Made by a program: the position numbers and the translations under genes. Source: an uncultured bacterium (GTDB lineage: Bacteria; CAIJMQ01). Taken from it: 33,156 bases of DNA. The notes under the pieces are model-generated. The model ran no database searches. It was not told the origin of the DNA and was given only the letters and a program-made list of their open reading frames with translations. How positions within the stretch are numbered: position 1 is the stretch's first letter; every line of letters starts with the position of its first letter. The stretch is taken from the NCBI GenBank assembly GCA_964573245.1, contig CAZNJA010000012.1, forward strand, positions 252 to 33,407. The letters are read 5' to 3'. This document shows, in pieces, positions 11,814-22,477 of the stretch.

Positions 11814-11888
11814 ATGAAGATAGCGGTTCATATTACACATGAAGCGATGAAGAAAGTTGGCGGAGTCGGAGCGGTTTTAAACGGTATT
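11814..11888 (+). pseudogene. Truncated 5' end of a glycogen-synthase-like glycosyltransferase
   Basis: GGAG RBS then MKIAVHITHEAMKKVGGVGAVLNGI, which carries the E-x-x-x-K-V-G-G nucleotide-sugar loop. The reading frame then continues into non-homologous-looking AT-rich sequence. Confidence 0.55.
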
Positions 11889-11959
11889 TGTTCCTTCATT
11901 AAGTCAATTCTACCACGTGTTTTTATGTTGTCCAGAATTTTCAAAAAGTTTTCATGGCA

Positions 11960-11978
11960 TTGGACACTATTTGGACAC
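11960..11978. repeat. Direct repeat TTGGACAC x2, 11-bp period
   Basis: TTGGACAC-TAT-TTGGACAC. Confidence 0.6.
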
Positions 11979-12051
11979 CAATCGTCTCACCCCAAAATAA
12001 AATCTAATATTATTTTCACAGATTTCAAAACTATAATATGCAAATATATAG

Positions 12052-12060
12052 TGGTATAAT
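12052..12060 (+). promoter_or_regulatory. Extended -10 promoter at the head of the secretin/F1 locus
   Basis: TGGTATAAT 26 nt upstream of the TTG start at 12087. Confidence 0.45.
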
Positions 12061-12086
12061 TAAAAAAATTATATAGAATTATTCCA

Positions 12087-13094
12087 TTGAACAATAAAGA
12101 CTATAAAAAATTAATCTTGTTGAGCCTTTTGTTTGTCTTTGCTTTCAGCATAAAATGTAGTGCTGAAACGTTTTTGGCTCCTTTCCAAGATGCACAGCAA
12201 AATCAACAAACCCAAAACCCTAAGATTGTTGGCGAGTTTTTTGGTGTTCCCGTTCCTATTGAAAACTATTATTTTGCGTGGGGAGTAATTCAGGTGTTTG
12301 GCACAAGATACAGAGGTGTCCCCAAGACTACAGAGGAGATAGAAGAACAGGTCTGGATTGAACTTCTTCTTTCTTATGAAGCTTTCCAGCGGGATGTTAA
12401 AATTAGCCGCGAAACAGTAGAGGGAGAAATAACCAAGGTTCTTAATAGTCATAAGGTTACGTTCGACCGGGAAAACTCGCCGGAAGATTATGCTAAATGG
12501 CTAAAAGAAAATACAGGCGAACCCGTTGAGCTTTTTGAAAATCAGATTGAACATCTTCTTAAAATTGAAGAACTTCGAAACCAGGTTATGGATGGTATCG
12601 AGCCGGTGGTTTCAGAAGAGGAAGCTATCCAGGAATTCCGCAATGAACATAACACTTTGAGCGTAGAGTTAATCCAGTTTGATGAATTAAAACAAGCGGA
12701 AGAGTTTTATAAGAAAGCAAAGGCTAATCCTGAATTTTGGGATAAAGAAAAAGAGAAAAATTCAGATTCTTTTAAACGTCCCGGATTTGTGGCTTTGGAA
12801 TTTTTGATGTATATGTGGAAATTTAATAAGGAAGATGTTTATAAAATGATTGAACTTCAAGTAGGTGAAATATATCATCCTGCTCCTATTTACAAAGGAT
12901 ATGGAGTTTTTAAAATACTTGAAGTAAGACATGCAGCCGAAGAAGATTTCCCGAAATATAGCGCCTCTTATTATGAGCAGCTCAAGATGCAAAAAAAACA
13001 TGAAGGATTTCAAAAATGGCTTGAAGATTTAAAAAAGAAGGCTAAAATCAAAATTTATATAAAATCAACTGAAATATTTCCGAAGGAGCAATAA
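12087..13094 (+). CDS. Exported SurA/PrsA-like chaperone (SurA N-domain plus degenerate parvulin region)
   Basis: Signal peptide, 'LLLSYEAFQRDVKISRETVEGEI', 'LQVGEIYHPAPIYKGYGVFKILEV' and C-terminal 'WLEDLKKKAKIKI' typical of SurA/PrsA. Confidence 0.7.
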   Translation: MNNKDYKKLILLSLLFVFAFSIKCSAETFLAPFQDAQQNQQTQNPKIVGEFFGVPVPIENYYFAWGVIQVFGTRYRGVPKTTEEIEEQVWIELLLSYEAFQRDVKISRETVEGEITKVLNSHKVTFDRENSPEDYAKWLKENTGEPVELFENQIEHLLKIEELRNQVMDGIEPVVSEEEAIQEFRNEHNTLSVELIQFDELKQAEEFYKKAKANPEFWDKEKEKNSDSFKRPGFVALEFLMYMWKFNKEDVYKMIELQVGEIYHPAPIYKGYGVFKILEVRHAAEEDFPKYSASYYEQLKMQKKHEGFQKWLEDLKKKAKIKIYIKSTEIFPKEQ

Positions 13095-13095
13095 T

Positions 13096-13962
13096 ATGAG
13101 CTATTTTGAAGTTTTGGGATTAGAAAAGGAGCCATTCTCTACAAGTCCTGATCCGGAGTTCTTTTATCTTTCTAAGGAGCATGAACGGGCTTTGACCAAT
13201 AGTTTGATAGAGCTAAGATTAAAAAGAGGATTAAGTGTAATTTTAGGAGATGTGGGGACTGGCAAAACTACTCTGTCCAGAAAACTTATACAAGAACTAA
13301 AAGAAAGAGAAGATTTTTGTTTCCATGTGATATTTGACCCCTCATTCGAAAGCGAGCAGTTGTTTTTAGAATACTTAGTTAGAAGTTTTAATTGTCCTAT
13401 CAATACTAACCGCCAACCAACTCTTCTTGACCTTAAAGAATCACTGGAAAGCTTTTTATTCCAAAAGGCAGTTTCTGAAGGTAAAATTATCGCGTTAATT
13501 GTGGACGAAGCTCAAAAACTTAACTCTGTTTCTTTGGAGGTCTTAAGAGTGCTTTTGAATTACGAGACAAACGAATTCAAACTTCTACAATTAATTCTAT
13601 TGGGACAAGAAGAATTTTATCATACTATAATGAACATTCCCAATTTTTTTGACCGTATAAGTTTTAAATTTACTTTAAACCCGCTTGATTACAAGGAAAC
13701 TAAAGAGATGATAGATTTTCGTCTTAAGCAGGCTGGTTATAAAGCCAGAAGACATCTTTTCTTGGAAGACGGTATAAAAAAAATCTATGAGTATACGAAC
13801 GGCTATCCCAGAAAAATAACAATGCTTTGCTATAAGGCTTTAAAGAAGTTAATTTTGGATAACAAATTAGCTGTAGACGGAAGAATGATTGATGAGATTA
13901 TAAAGGAAGAGGAAAAAACGGGATGGTACAAGACAGGATTACCCCTGAAAAGAAATTATTAG
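13096..13962 (+). CDS. ExeA/GspA-like AAA+ ATPase
   Basis: FEVLGLEKEPFSTSPDPEFFY, Walker A GDVGTGKT, Walker B LIVDEAQ, LILLGQ and GYPRKI. Confidence 0.9.
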   Translation: MSYFEVLGLEKEPFSTSPDPEFFYLSKEHERALTNSLIELRLKRGLSVILGDVGTGKTTLSRKLIQELKEREDFCFHVIFDPSFESEQLFLEYLVRSFNCPINTNRQPTLLDLKESLESFLFQKAVSEGKIIALIVDEAQKLNSVSLEVLRVLLNYETNEFKLLQLILLGQEEFYHTIMNIPNFFDRISFKFTLNPLDYKETKEMIDFRLKQAGYKARRHLFLEDGIKKIYEYTNGYPRKITMLCYKALKKLILDNKLAVDGRMIDEIIKEEEKTGWYKTGLPLKRNY

Positions 13963-14615
13963 ACTTAATTGAATCGCCCACCGGCCAAACATTCAAAGAA
14001 GTAAAAAAAAGACGTGGAAGAATCAGCTTTGTTTCTCCGGGCGCTTTAAAAGGAAGATTTTCCTTTTTTAGAAGATTTATAGCTAATAGTTTAGCAAGAC
14101 ATAAAATCGTTTTAGATATTAAAGAAGTCAATTTAATTCTTACTATTTGTATAATTGGTTTTGTAGTTTATTTATCTATGAGTTGGACGGATACTACCGG
14201 TAAATTAAATCAGATTCCCAATCTTGCTTTAGAACTGGCTCCCCAAAAGGATGTTAACTCGTTTTCAGCTGTTTCATTGCTGAAAGAGTTTTCTCATTAT
14301 TCCCAAATAGTAAATTCCAGAAATATATTTGAATTGGATTTGCAGAACGCTTCGCAAAACGAAGAACAAGCAGACGCAATAGAAGAGAAAGTAATTACGC
14401 CTAAAGATGAGTTGATGAAACTTATAGAATATTTCGTATTAGTCGGCGTGTCTTGGTCAGATGACCCGGTTGCAATGATAGAAAACACCGATGCTAAGAT
14501 GACTTATTTTGTCAGAAAAGGCGATGATATTAAAGACAGTATAAAAGTAAAAACGATTTTTATAGATAAAGTTATTTTAGAATATGAAGGAGCAGAGTTG
14601 GAGCTCAAACTCTGA
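13923..14615 (+). CDS. GspC/PilP-like single-pass membrane protein
   Basis: One TM helix, RNIF motif, then HR-like beta domain 'LVGVSWSDDPVAMIEN...YFVRKGDDI...VKTIFIDKVILEYEG'. Immediately precedes the secretin. Confidence 0.7.
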   Translation: MVQDRITPEKKLLDLIESPTGQTFKEVKKRRGRISFVSPGALKGRFSFFRRFIANSLARHKIVLDIKEVNLILTICIIGFVVYLSMSWTDTTGKLNQIPNLALELAPQKDVNSFSAVSLLKEFSHYSQIVNSRNIFELDLQNASQNEEQADAIEEKVITPKDELMKLIEYFVLVGVSWSDDPVAMIENTDAKMTYFVRKGDDIKDSIKVKTIFIDKVILEYEGAELELKL

Positions 14616-14661
14616 AAAACGATTATTGCTTTTGCAGTAGCGATGGTTTACAATTAAAAAA

Positions 14662-16263
14662 ATGTCGTATAAAGTCCGTATTTTAACTGTTCTATTTTTC
14701 CTTATTGTCTATCAACCCTGCCTTTTAAATGCTCAAAGATTATCCTTAGAATCTAAAGGGGAAATGTCAAAAAATGTCTCCTTAAATTTCCGAAATATAG
14801 ATGTGATAGAAGCTTTGCAGTATCTATCCGATGAAGGAGGATTTAATATAGCTTTTACTAAAGGAATTAGCGGCAGAGTTACTTTAAAAGCAGAAAAAGT
14901 AACTGTTAAAGATGCTTTTGATATTATTCTCCTTACAAGTAATTTGGCTTATGAAAAAAGGGGAAATATCTATAATGTAATGAGTGATAAGGAATATCAG
15001 GAGCTATATGGAGAAAAATTTGCAGATATAAGACAGATTAGAGTCTTGCGGTTGCAATACGCTATTCCCAAGAGAGCGTTTGATCTTTTAGATGCGTTAA
15101 AAAGCGATGTTGGGCGTATACTGGTTGACGAAGAAACAGGCACTGTCATGATTATGGACACTCCGGGAAAATTAGACCAAATGCAGAATGCTCTGGATTC
15201 CTTAGAGGAAAAAAGCGTTGTTGAGGTTTTCAATCTACAATATGCAAATGCTAAGGAAGTAGAGGAGCACCTTAAAATCCAACTTGAAGACAAGAAAGTA
15301 GGCTCAATTAGGGCGGATGAAAGAAATAATCAAATAATCATTCAGACATTACCCGGACGAATGGGGGAAATAAGAGAATTAGTCAAATCTCTGGACCAAA
15401 AGACAAAAGAGGTTTTAATAGAAGCAAAAATAATAAGAGTTGCTTTTTCTGATGATCTTGAAATTGGTATAAAGTGGGAATTTTTATTTGAGCAAATGAC
15501 AAAACATGGATTAGAATTTATCGGTTCACATGCTTATGACACTATGTATAGAACCGGGCAAACAATTATTGCAGACTATCCTCAAATAGAATCGGCAGCT
15601 AATTTACCTGCTGCTGCCAAACAACCTATTTTAGGGAAGGTTTTTTTGGGCGCGGTAGGTGAAGATAGCTTTGAAGCACTATTAACTTTTTTAAATACTA
15701 TAGTAGATGCTAGACTGTTGGCTAGTCCCAAAATAGCAGTAGTTAACAACCAAGAGGCAAAAATACATGTGGGCAGAAGAGAAGTGTATCTGGAAACAAC
15801 TACTACACAATCTGAATCTAATACTACCATCGTCGAAACTCCTAAATGGGTGGATACAGGTGTTCTGTTATCGGTAATCCCAAAAATTAACGATGAAGGT
15901 TATATCACTATGAATATAAAGCCCGAAATTACAAGTATTGCGCGTTGGTATAGAAGCCCTACCGGCAGAGAATATCCGGTAACGGAAGTATCTACTGCTG
16001 AAACAAAAGTTATGGTAAAAGACGGCACGACTATTATAATTGGGGGCTTAAGAAGAAAAGAAGAGATTCAAACTATTGAAAAAGTGCCCTTTCTTGGTGA
16101 CATATGGTTGCTGGGAAAACTTTTCCGTTCAGAAGAAACGACAACGATACAGTCTGAACTGATAGTATTTATTACTCCTCATATTATCAGCGGTAATCAA
16201 TTTATAAAAGGAGATGAGCACAAGGCAAGGGAACCAATTGCTCCATATAGAGAATATGAATAA
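14662..16263 (+). CDS. Secretin (GspD/PilQ family)
   Basis: Signal peptide, N0 'VSLNFRNIDV', two N-domains (LQYA...), 'EVLIEAKII', 'ASPKIAVVNNQEAKIHVG', 'VKDGTTIIIGGL', 'KVPFLGDIWLLGKLFR' and 'ELIVFITPHI'. Confidence 0.95.
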   Translation: MSYKVRILTVLFFLIVYQPCLLNAQRLSLESKGEMSKNVSLNFRNIDVIEALQYLSDEGGFNIAFTKGISGRVTLKAEKVTVKDAFDIILLTSNLAYEKRGNIYNVMSDKEYQELYGEKFADIRQIRVLRLQYAIPKRAFDLLDALKSDVGRILVDEETGTVMIMDTPGKLDQMQNALDSLEEKSVVEVFNLQYANAKEVEEHLKIQLEDKKVGSIRADERNNQIIIQTLPGRMGEIRELVKSLDQKTKEVLIEAKIIRVAFSDDLEIGIKWEFLFEQMTKHGLEFIGSHAYDTMYRTGQTIIADYPQIESAANLPAAAKQPILGKVFLGAVGEDSFEALLTFLNTIVDARLLASPKIAVVNNQEAKIHVGRREVYLETTTTQSESNTTIVETPKWVDTGVLLSVIPKINDEGYITMNIKPEITSIARWYRSPTGREYPVTEVSTAETKVMVKDGTTIIIGGLRRKEEIQTIEKVPFLGDIWLLGKLFRSEETTTIQSELIVFITPHIISGNQFIKGDEHKAREPIAPYREYE

Positions 16264-17383
16264 CGACGAAAAAGAAATTTTAGGTAAAAGCGGCAGAAAT
16301 TATAAAAAGATAATCGGGTTTATTATTCTGTTTATTTTGTTTGGCGCCGCATGCGCCGGGATAACTTATTATTTTTCTACCCAAAATATAACTCAAAAGA
16401 AAGATAAACAAATGCAAGGGTTTTCGCAGGAGGCCGAGAAGTTAAATAGTCTAAACAAATCCCTTGAAGAAAAATTTTCCAAATTATCCGCAGATTACGA
16501 CAGGATTTATAAGGACAGAGAAAATATAATTGAACAATCAAAAAGAATAATACAAGAAAAGAATGAGTTGTTAAATTTTAAGCAATCCTTTGAGGAAGCA
16601 ACTGAAGAGAAAGATAAACTTCTAAAAGAAAAACAACAACTTTCTAAAGAGGTTGAAACCCTTAAAGCACAGATGGGACAAGCCAAAGAAAAATATGGAA
16701 AAGAGATTACTGAAGCAGAGGAACAAATTAAAAACTATCAAGCGGATATTGTTGAGAAAGAAAAAGTTAATGAATCGTTGATTAAAAAGACTAACATTCG
16801 GAAATTAGAAACTACAATCAAAACATTAAAAAACGAAAACAGGGATTTGACTAAAAAGTTAAATGTAATTGGAGAAGAGAGTAATAGTCTAAGCAAGCAG
16901 TTAGAAAAACAAAAACAGGAATATAATAAAAATGAGTTAGCTTCGCAATCCCGTTATAATAAATTGCTTAATAAATACGAAGAGTTGGTGGCAAAACACG
17001 GTAAAACAGTTCAGGAGCAAGAAGCTTTGCAGGAAAGACTTGATGAATTTCCGCGTAAGATAGCTAATTTAGCGGGTGAAAATAAGAGACTCGTTAAAGA
17101 AACATCGGACATGCATTACAACTTAGGGCTCTTTTATTTCGAAAAGCAGGAATACAAAAGAGCAATTCCTGAGTTTGAGAGGGCTATAAAAATAAGTCCC
17201 CAGGATCCCGAGTCGTATTATTATTTAGGCTATATCTATGCAGAATATTTCATGCAACGAGAAAAAGCGATTAAATATTTTGATAAGTATCTGGAGTTAG
17301 CTCCGCGCGGAACTCATTCGGACTGGGTAAAGAGATATATATATAGTTGGCGAATTTGGGATAAAAAAGAAAACATAGAATAA
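16256..17383 (+). CDS. Membrane-anchored long coiled-coil protein with C-terminal TPRs
   Basis: ATG at 16256 overlaps the secretin stop (alternative ATG at 16214). N-terminal TM, ~230 aa K/E/Q-rich coiled coil, TPRs 'HYNLGLFYF...AIKISP...YYYLGYIY'. Confidence 0.8.
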   Translation: MNNDEKEILGKSGRNYKKIIGFIILFILFGAACAGITYYFSTQNITQKKDKQMQGFSQEAEKLNSLNKSLEEKFSKLSADYDRIYKDRENIIEQSKRIIQEKNELLNFKQSFEEATEEKDKLLKEKQQLSKEVETLKAQMGQAKEKYGKEITEAEEQIKNYQADIVEKEKVNESLIKKTNIRKLETTIKTLKNENRDLTKKLNVIGEESNSLSKQLEKQKQEYNKNELASQSRYNKLLNKYEELVAKHGKTVQEQEALQERLDEFPRKIANLAGENKRLVKETSDMHYNLGLFYFEKQEYKRAIPEFERAIKISPQDPESYYYLGYIYAEYFMQREKAIKYFDKYLELAPRGTHSDWVKRYIYSWRIWDKKENIE

Positions 17384-17386
17384 AAG

Positions 17387-18094
17387 GTGTTTATCACACA
17401 GTTATTAATTATTCAGGTAATTGTTTTTGCAGGGTTACTGTTTTTTCTTCGTTATGTTCTAACCCGCAATGTTGCCGGAGCTACGACACATCTTGAAGAA
17501 CTTAGCAAGGATTACACTAAAAAACAGGAAGAGACAAAAAAAGCTTTGGAAGAAGCCAAAAAAGAATCTGACCAAATATTAACGGATGCAAGAAGCGAAG
17601 CAACGAAGTATAAGAGCAAATCATCCCAGGAAACCCAACAAGAAAAGGACAGAATCATCCAGGAAGCACATCAAAAAAGCGAGCGAATGCTTCAACAAGC
17701 AGAGAAGACATGCGAGTTGCTAAAACAGGAAATAGAAGACAAAATATCTATAAAAGCAACGGAAAAAGCCGTCGAGTTAATCCAGAAAGCTCTCCCGGAC
17801 AAATTCCAGAAAGAACTTCACAGTCTTTGGTTTAAAGAATCGCTAAAAGGTGATTTTCAACTGGAAAGGCTGCATTTACCCGAGGATATTAAAGAAGTAG
17901 AAGTTATTTCAGCTTATCCTTTAACTGAAGAGCAGAAAAAAGAATTGAAAGCAAAATTATCCAAGAAATTAGTCAAGGATATTGAATTGAAAGAAAAGAT
18001 TAACTCTAAATTAATAGCAGGTATTGTAATAATTTTAGGAAGTGTAGTCATTGACGGCAGTTTAAAATATAGAATACAGCAGGAAACCAGATAG
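17387..18094 (+). CDS. F-type ATPase b/delta-like fused stator subunit
   Basis: N-terminal TM, b-like helix (ALEEAKKESDQILTDARSEA...RIIQEAH) and delta C-terminal motif 'VISAYPLTEEQKKEL...LIAGIVIILGSVVIDGSL'. Confidence 0.85.
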   Translation: MFITQLLIIQVIVFAGLLFFLRYVLTRNVAGATTHLEELSKDYTKKQEETKKALEEAKKESDQILTDARSEATKYKSKSSQETQQEKDRIIQEAHQKSERMLQQAEKTCELLKQEIEDKISIKATEKAVELIQKALPDKFQKELHSLWFKESLKGDFQLERLHLPEDIKEVEVISAYPLTEEQKKELKAKLSKKLVKDIELKEKINSKLIAGIVIILGSVVIDGSLKYRIQQETR

Positions 18095-18096
18095 AA

Positions 18097-19584
18097 GTGA
18101 ACCAAAGCCAATCTTTAAATAAATCCTATTCTTTGGGTGTAGAGGTTCGAGAAGTCGGCTATGTTAAGTCCGTACGTAAATTTATAGTAGAGGCCAAAGG
18201 ATTACCGTCTTGTTTTAATGGCCAAATTCTCCAGTTTGAAAAAGGTGGCATAGGATTGGTCATGGGATTCAAAGAAGACAGTGTCCAAATCCTTGTGTTA
18301 AAAGCAGATGTTCCTATACGTTTAAATGATGAAATCCACAATAAAGGTCAATCTCTCTCTTTGCCTGTAGGAGAAGCTTTTTTAGGAAGAGTGGTAAATA
18401 GCTTGTCTGAACCGGTGGATAATCGCGGACCTATAAAGTCAAAAGAATTTGCTTCTGTCTTCAGAGACGCTCCTGCGCTTATGGACAGAGTTCCCGTATA
18501 TGAGACAACAGAAACAGGCACTATAATGTTAGATGCTCTCATCCCTATTGCTAAAGGACAGCGTGAACTTTTATTAGGAGACAGACTCACCGGGAAAACC
18601 ACTGTAGGAATAGATGCGATTCTTAATCAAAAAGATAAAAATATAATATGCATATATTGTTGTATGGGAAAACCGCATTCCAGTCTTTTGAAGATACTAC
18701 GCCTTTTACAAGAAAGAGATGTTATGCCTTACACTGTTGTGGTAAGCGCTGTTGCTTCTGCTTCGGTTGGAGAACAGTATTTGGCTCCTTACACTGCTAG
18801 TATGTTAGGCGAATACTTTATGTATAATGGGAAAAATGTGTTAGTAGTTTTCGATGATTTAACTAGACACGCTTGGACATATAGGCAAATTTCCCTGCTT
18901 CTTGAACGACCTCCTGGCAGAGAAGCTTATCCTGGAGATATTTTCTACATCCATTCTCAATTAATCGAAAGAGCTGCGGCTCTAAAACCTGAGTTAGGTG
19001 GCGGCTCAATGACTTTTTTGCCTATAGTAGAAATACTTCAGGGTGATATTACCGGCTATATTCCCACTAATTTAATATCTATGACAGATGGCCAGGTCTA
19101 TTTTGATACCAACCTTTTTTATAAAGGTTTTAAACCGGCTATTGATTTCGGGTTATCGGTATCCAGAATCGGCAGTAAAGCGCAATGGCCAGCCATGAAA
19201 GAACTTAGCGGAACTTTAAGATTAGACTATATTAAATATCAAGAACTTTTGAAAATGACTCGGTTAAAAACCATCAGCTTATCCAAAGAAGCGGAGATGA
19301 CCTTACAACGCGGTGAAGTTATAGCTCAACTTATTGTGCAAGACAAAAATAATCCTATATCTATTGAAAAACAGGTCTTATATCTTTATGCTTTAAAATT
19401 AAAAGTCTTAGATGAGCTTTCTTCCCCTGAAATAAAAGAATTCAAGGAAAGATTCCCGGAACTTGTACAAAAACAATATCCTGAAATTCTTATAGAATTA
19501 AAGAAAACAAAAACTCTTTCACCTTCCATCAAGGATAACTTAAACAAAGCGTTAAAAGAATACTTTAAAGAAGCGACAAAATAA
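18097..19584 (+). CDS. atpA: Divergent F1-ATPase alpha subunit
   Basis: KGQRELLLGDRLTGKT, YRQISLLLERPPGREAYPGDIFY, IPTNLISMTDGQ and arginine finger SVSRIG. Confidence 0.93.
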   Translation: MNQSQSLNKSYSLGVEVREVGYVKSVRKFIVEAKGLPSCFNGQILQFEKGGIGLVMGFKEDSVQILVLKADVPIRLNDEIHNKGQSLSLPVGEAFLGRVVNSLSEPVDNRGPIKSKEFASVFRDAPALMDRVPVYETTETGTIMLDALIPIAKGQRELLLGDRLTGKTTVGIDAILNQKDKNIICIYCCMGKPHSSLLKILRLLQERDVMPYTVVVSAVASASVGEQYLAPYTASMLGEYFMYNGKNVLVVFDDLTRHAWTYRQISLLLERPPGREAYPGDIFYIHSQLIERAAALKPELGGGSMTFLPIVEILQGDITGYIPTNLISMTDGQVYFDTNLFYKGFKPAIDFGLSVSRIGSKAQWPAMKELSGTLRLDYIKYQELLKMTRLKTISLSKEAEMTLQRGEVIAQLIVQDKNNPISIEKQVLYLYALKLKVLDELSSPEIKEFKERFPELVQKQYPEILIELKKTKTLSPSIKDNLNKALKEYFKEATK

Positions 19585-19603
19585 AAGTTAAAATACAAAA
19601 TAT

Positions 19604-19767
19604 GAATAGGATATCCGTTTATCAGGTAATAAGGAAAGAGTATATCGGAATATCAGGATATGAGGTTATAATAAGTGATTTTTAATATGCCTGCCCGACA
19701 ATATTTGGCAGGCGGGCAATTTTGATATTTGATTTTTGAATTTTGATTTTGACCGAGTGAAACGAGG
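19604..19767. repeat. Intergenic repeat block with degenerate ATATCAGG and TTTGA(T/A)T units and a GC-rich hairpin
   Basis: ATATCGG-AATATCAGG-ATATGAGG; GCCTGCC (19689-19695) pairs with GGCAGGC (19707-19713); TTTGATA-TTTGATT-TTTGAAT-TTTGATT; CCGAGTGAAACGAGG. Confidence 0.65.
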
Positions 19768-19772
19768 AAACG

Positions 19773-20627
19773 ATGCCCTATCTTGCAGAAATCAAAAAAG
19801 AAATAGAGTTTTATAAAGATTTTTCTTCTCTCGTGGAAACACTTAAAAACTTAGCCCTTTTTCAATTCCATACGGCACAAAAAAAATTCAGGATCTTTGA
19901 GTTGTTCCCTAATGTAATAAAAAGTTTTTTTAATATACTTGATATTGAAAATATAAATCATCCATTTCTCCAAGATTCCGAGAAGGGAATTTTAGGTGTA
20001 GTAGCCATTACTTCAGATGCGGGGCTTTTAGGTGGGCTTAATAATCGAGTAATAAATATAGCAATGGATTTTTTAAGACAGAGAAAAGCCAAGATCATAG
20101 TTATTGGTAAACAAGGACAAAAGTATATCCAGGGACTGAATATACCGATTCTGACTCTACCTGGGGTTGAAGATAATCAAAGAGCTTTACTGGCTATGCA
20201 AATTAGGGATTATATTGTGGATGAGGTGGCTAAGGGTAATTTAAGCTCGGTGAAAATAGTATATCCGCAGGCATTTTCTCTTACTGCGCAAAAAATAGAA
20301 GTTCTGACTCTTTTACCATTGAATGAATGGCTCCCCAAGACCGCCGAAAATACAACTAAAAGCTCTTCAGAAATTCTATTTGAGTCTTCAATAACTGACA
20401 TCGTTGAATATTTGGTATATCTTTTTATTGGTCAGAAAATTTATGAAATTTTGGGCTTGAGCCGTCTTGCGGAATATGCCGCAAGATATATTCACTTAGA
20501 AGAAAGTACGGATAAAATTAAAGAAGATATTAAGAAATTGCAACTTAAATATTTCAAGATAAGACATGAAATAATTGATCAGCAGATGCGGGAACTATCA
20601 GCAGCAAAGGCTATAATGTCCAGATAA
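19773..20627 (+). CDS. atpG: Divergent F1-ATPase gamma subunit
   Basis: 'VVAITSDAGLLGGLN' and C-terminal helix 'EYAARYIHLEESTDKIKEDIKKLQLKYFKIRHEIIDQQMREL'. Lies between alpha and beta. Confidence 0.88.
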   Translation: MPYLAEIKKEIEFYKDFSSLVETLKNLALFQFHTAQKKFRIFELFPNVIKSFFNILDIENINHPFLQDSEKGILGVVAITSDAGLLGGLNNRVINIAMDFLRQRKAKIIVIGKQGQKYIQGLNIPILTLPGVEDNQRALLAMQIRDYIVDEVAKGNLSSVKIVYPQAFSLTAQKIEVLTLLPLNEWLPKTAENTTKSSSEILFESSITDIVEYLVYLFIGQKIYEILGLSRLAEYAARYIHLEESTDKIKEDIKKLQLKYFKIRHEIIDQQMRELSAAKAIMSR

Positions 20628-20645
20628 AAATTTAAAATTTAAAAT

Positions 20646-20711
20646 GCCCTTAGAGATTGCAGGGCAATCTCAAGGACTTTAGTCCCGGAAATCCTTTGGA
20701 TTTCTCGGGGC
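20646..20711 (+). repeat. Three-hairpin (four-way junction) REP-like element, copy A
   Basis: GAGATTGC-agg-GCAATCTC, GGACT-tt-AGTCC and GAAATCC-ttt-GGATTTC, closed by GCCC/GGGC. Confidence 0.8.
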
Positions 20712-20853
20712 AAAATGACAAATCAAAGTTATAAAAATTACAACAACCAAAATCACTTGTCGCTGGTTGGAATGTTAGTAAGTAGGTTATTGCGTATTGT
20801 TTTCAGTTTGTTTTATCGTAATTTATTTCTTTTTACATTTTAATGTGTAATTT

Positions 20854-20918
20854 CCCTCTGGAATTTCGTGGAAATTCCGAGGACTTAGTCCCTGAAATTG
20901 CAAGGCAATTTCTAGGGG
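20854..20918 (-). repeat. Three-hairpin REP-like element, copy B (inverted relative to A)
   Basis: Reverse complement reads CCCC-ta-GAAATTGC-ctt-GCAATTTC-ag-GGACT-a-AGTCC-tc-GGAATTTC-cac-GAAATTCC-aga-GGG. Confidence 0.8.
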
Positions 20919-20998
20919 TGATATTTGAACTTTGATATTTCATTTTACGGACAGTGAGGCATATTATAATTTGTACAAACATTACAGATAAGCCTTGA

Positions 20999-22399
<1,401 letters not shown>

Positions 22400-22477
22400 A
22401 AGACTTGCTTCTTCTGATAATTATGATAATATAGAATTAATTAATAATGCAGTTAAAAAAATAAAAGGAGATAGTAT

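Noticed and set aside
11685-12059. 124-aa ORF as a real full-length gene
   Set aside because: It overlaps the transporter end, and only the ~25 codons after the RBS-bearing ATG at 11814 look protein-like.
20646-20918. tRNA genes (cloverleaf look)
   Set aside because: Loops are only 1-3 nt, with no 7-nt anticodon or TTC loop and no 7-bp acceptor stem.
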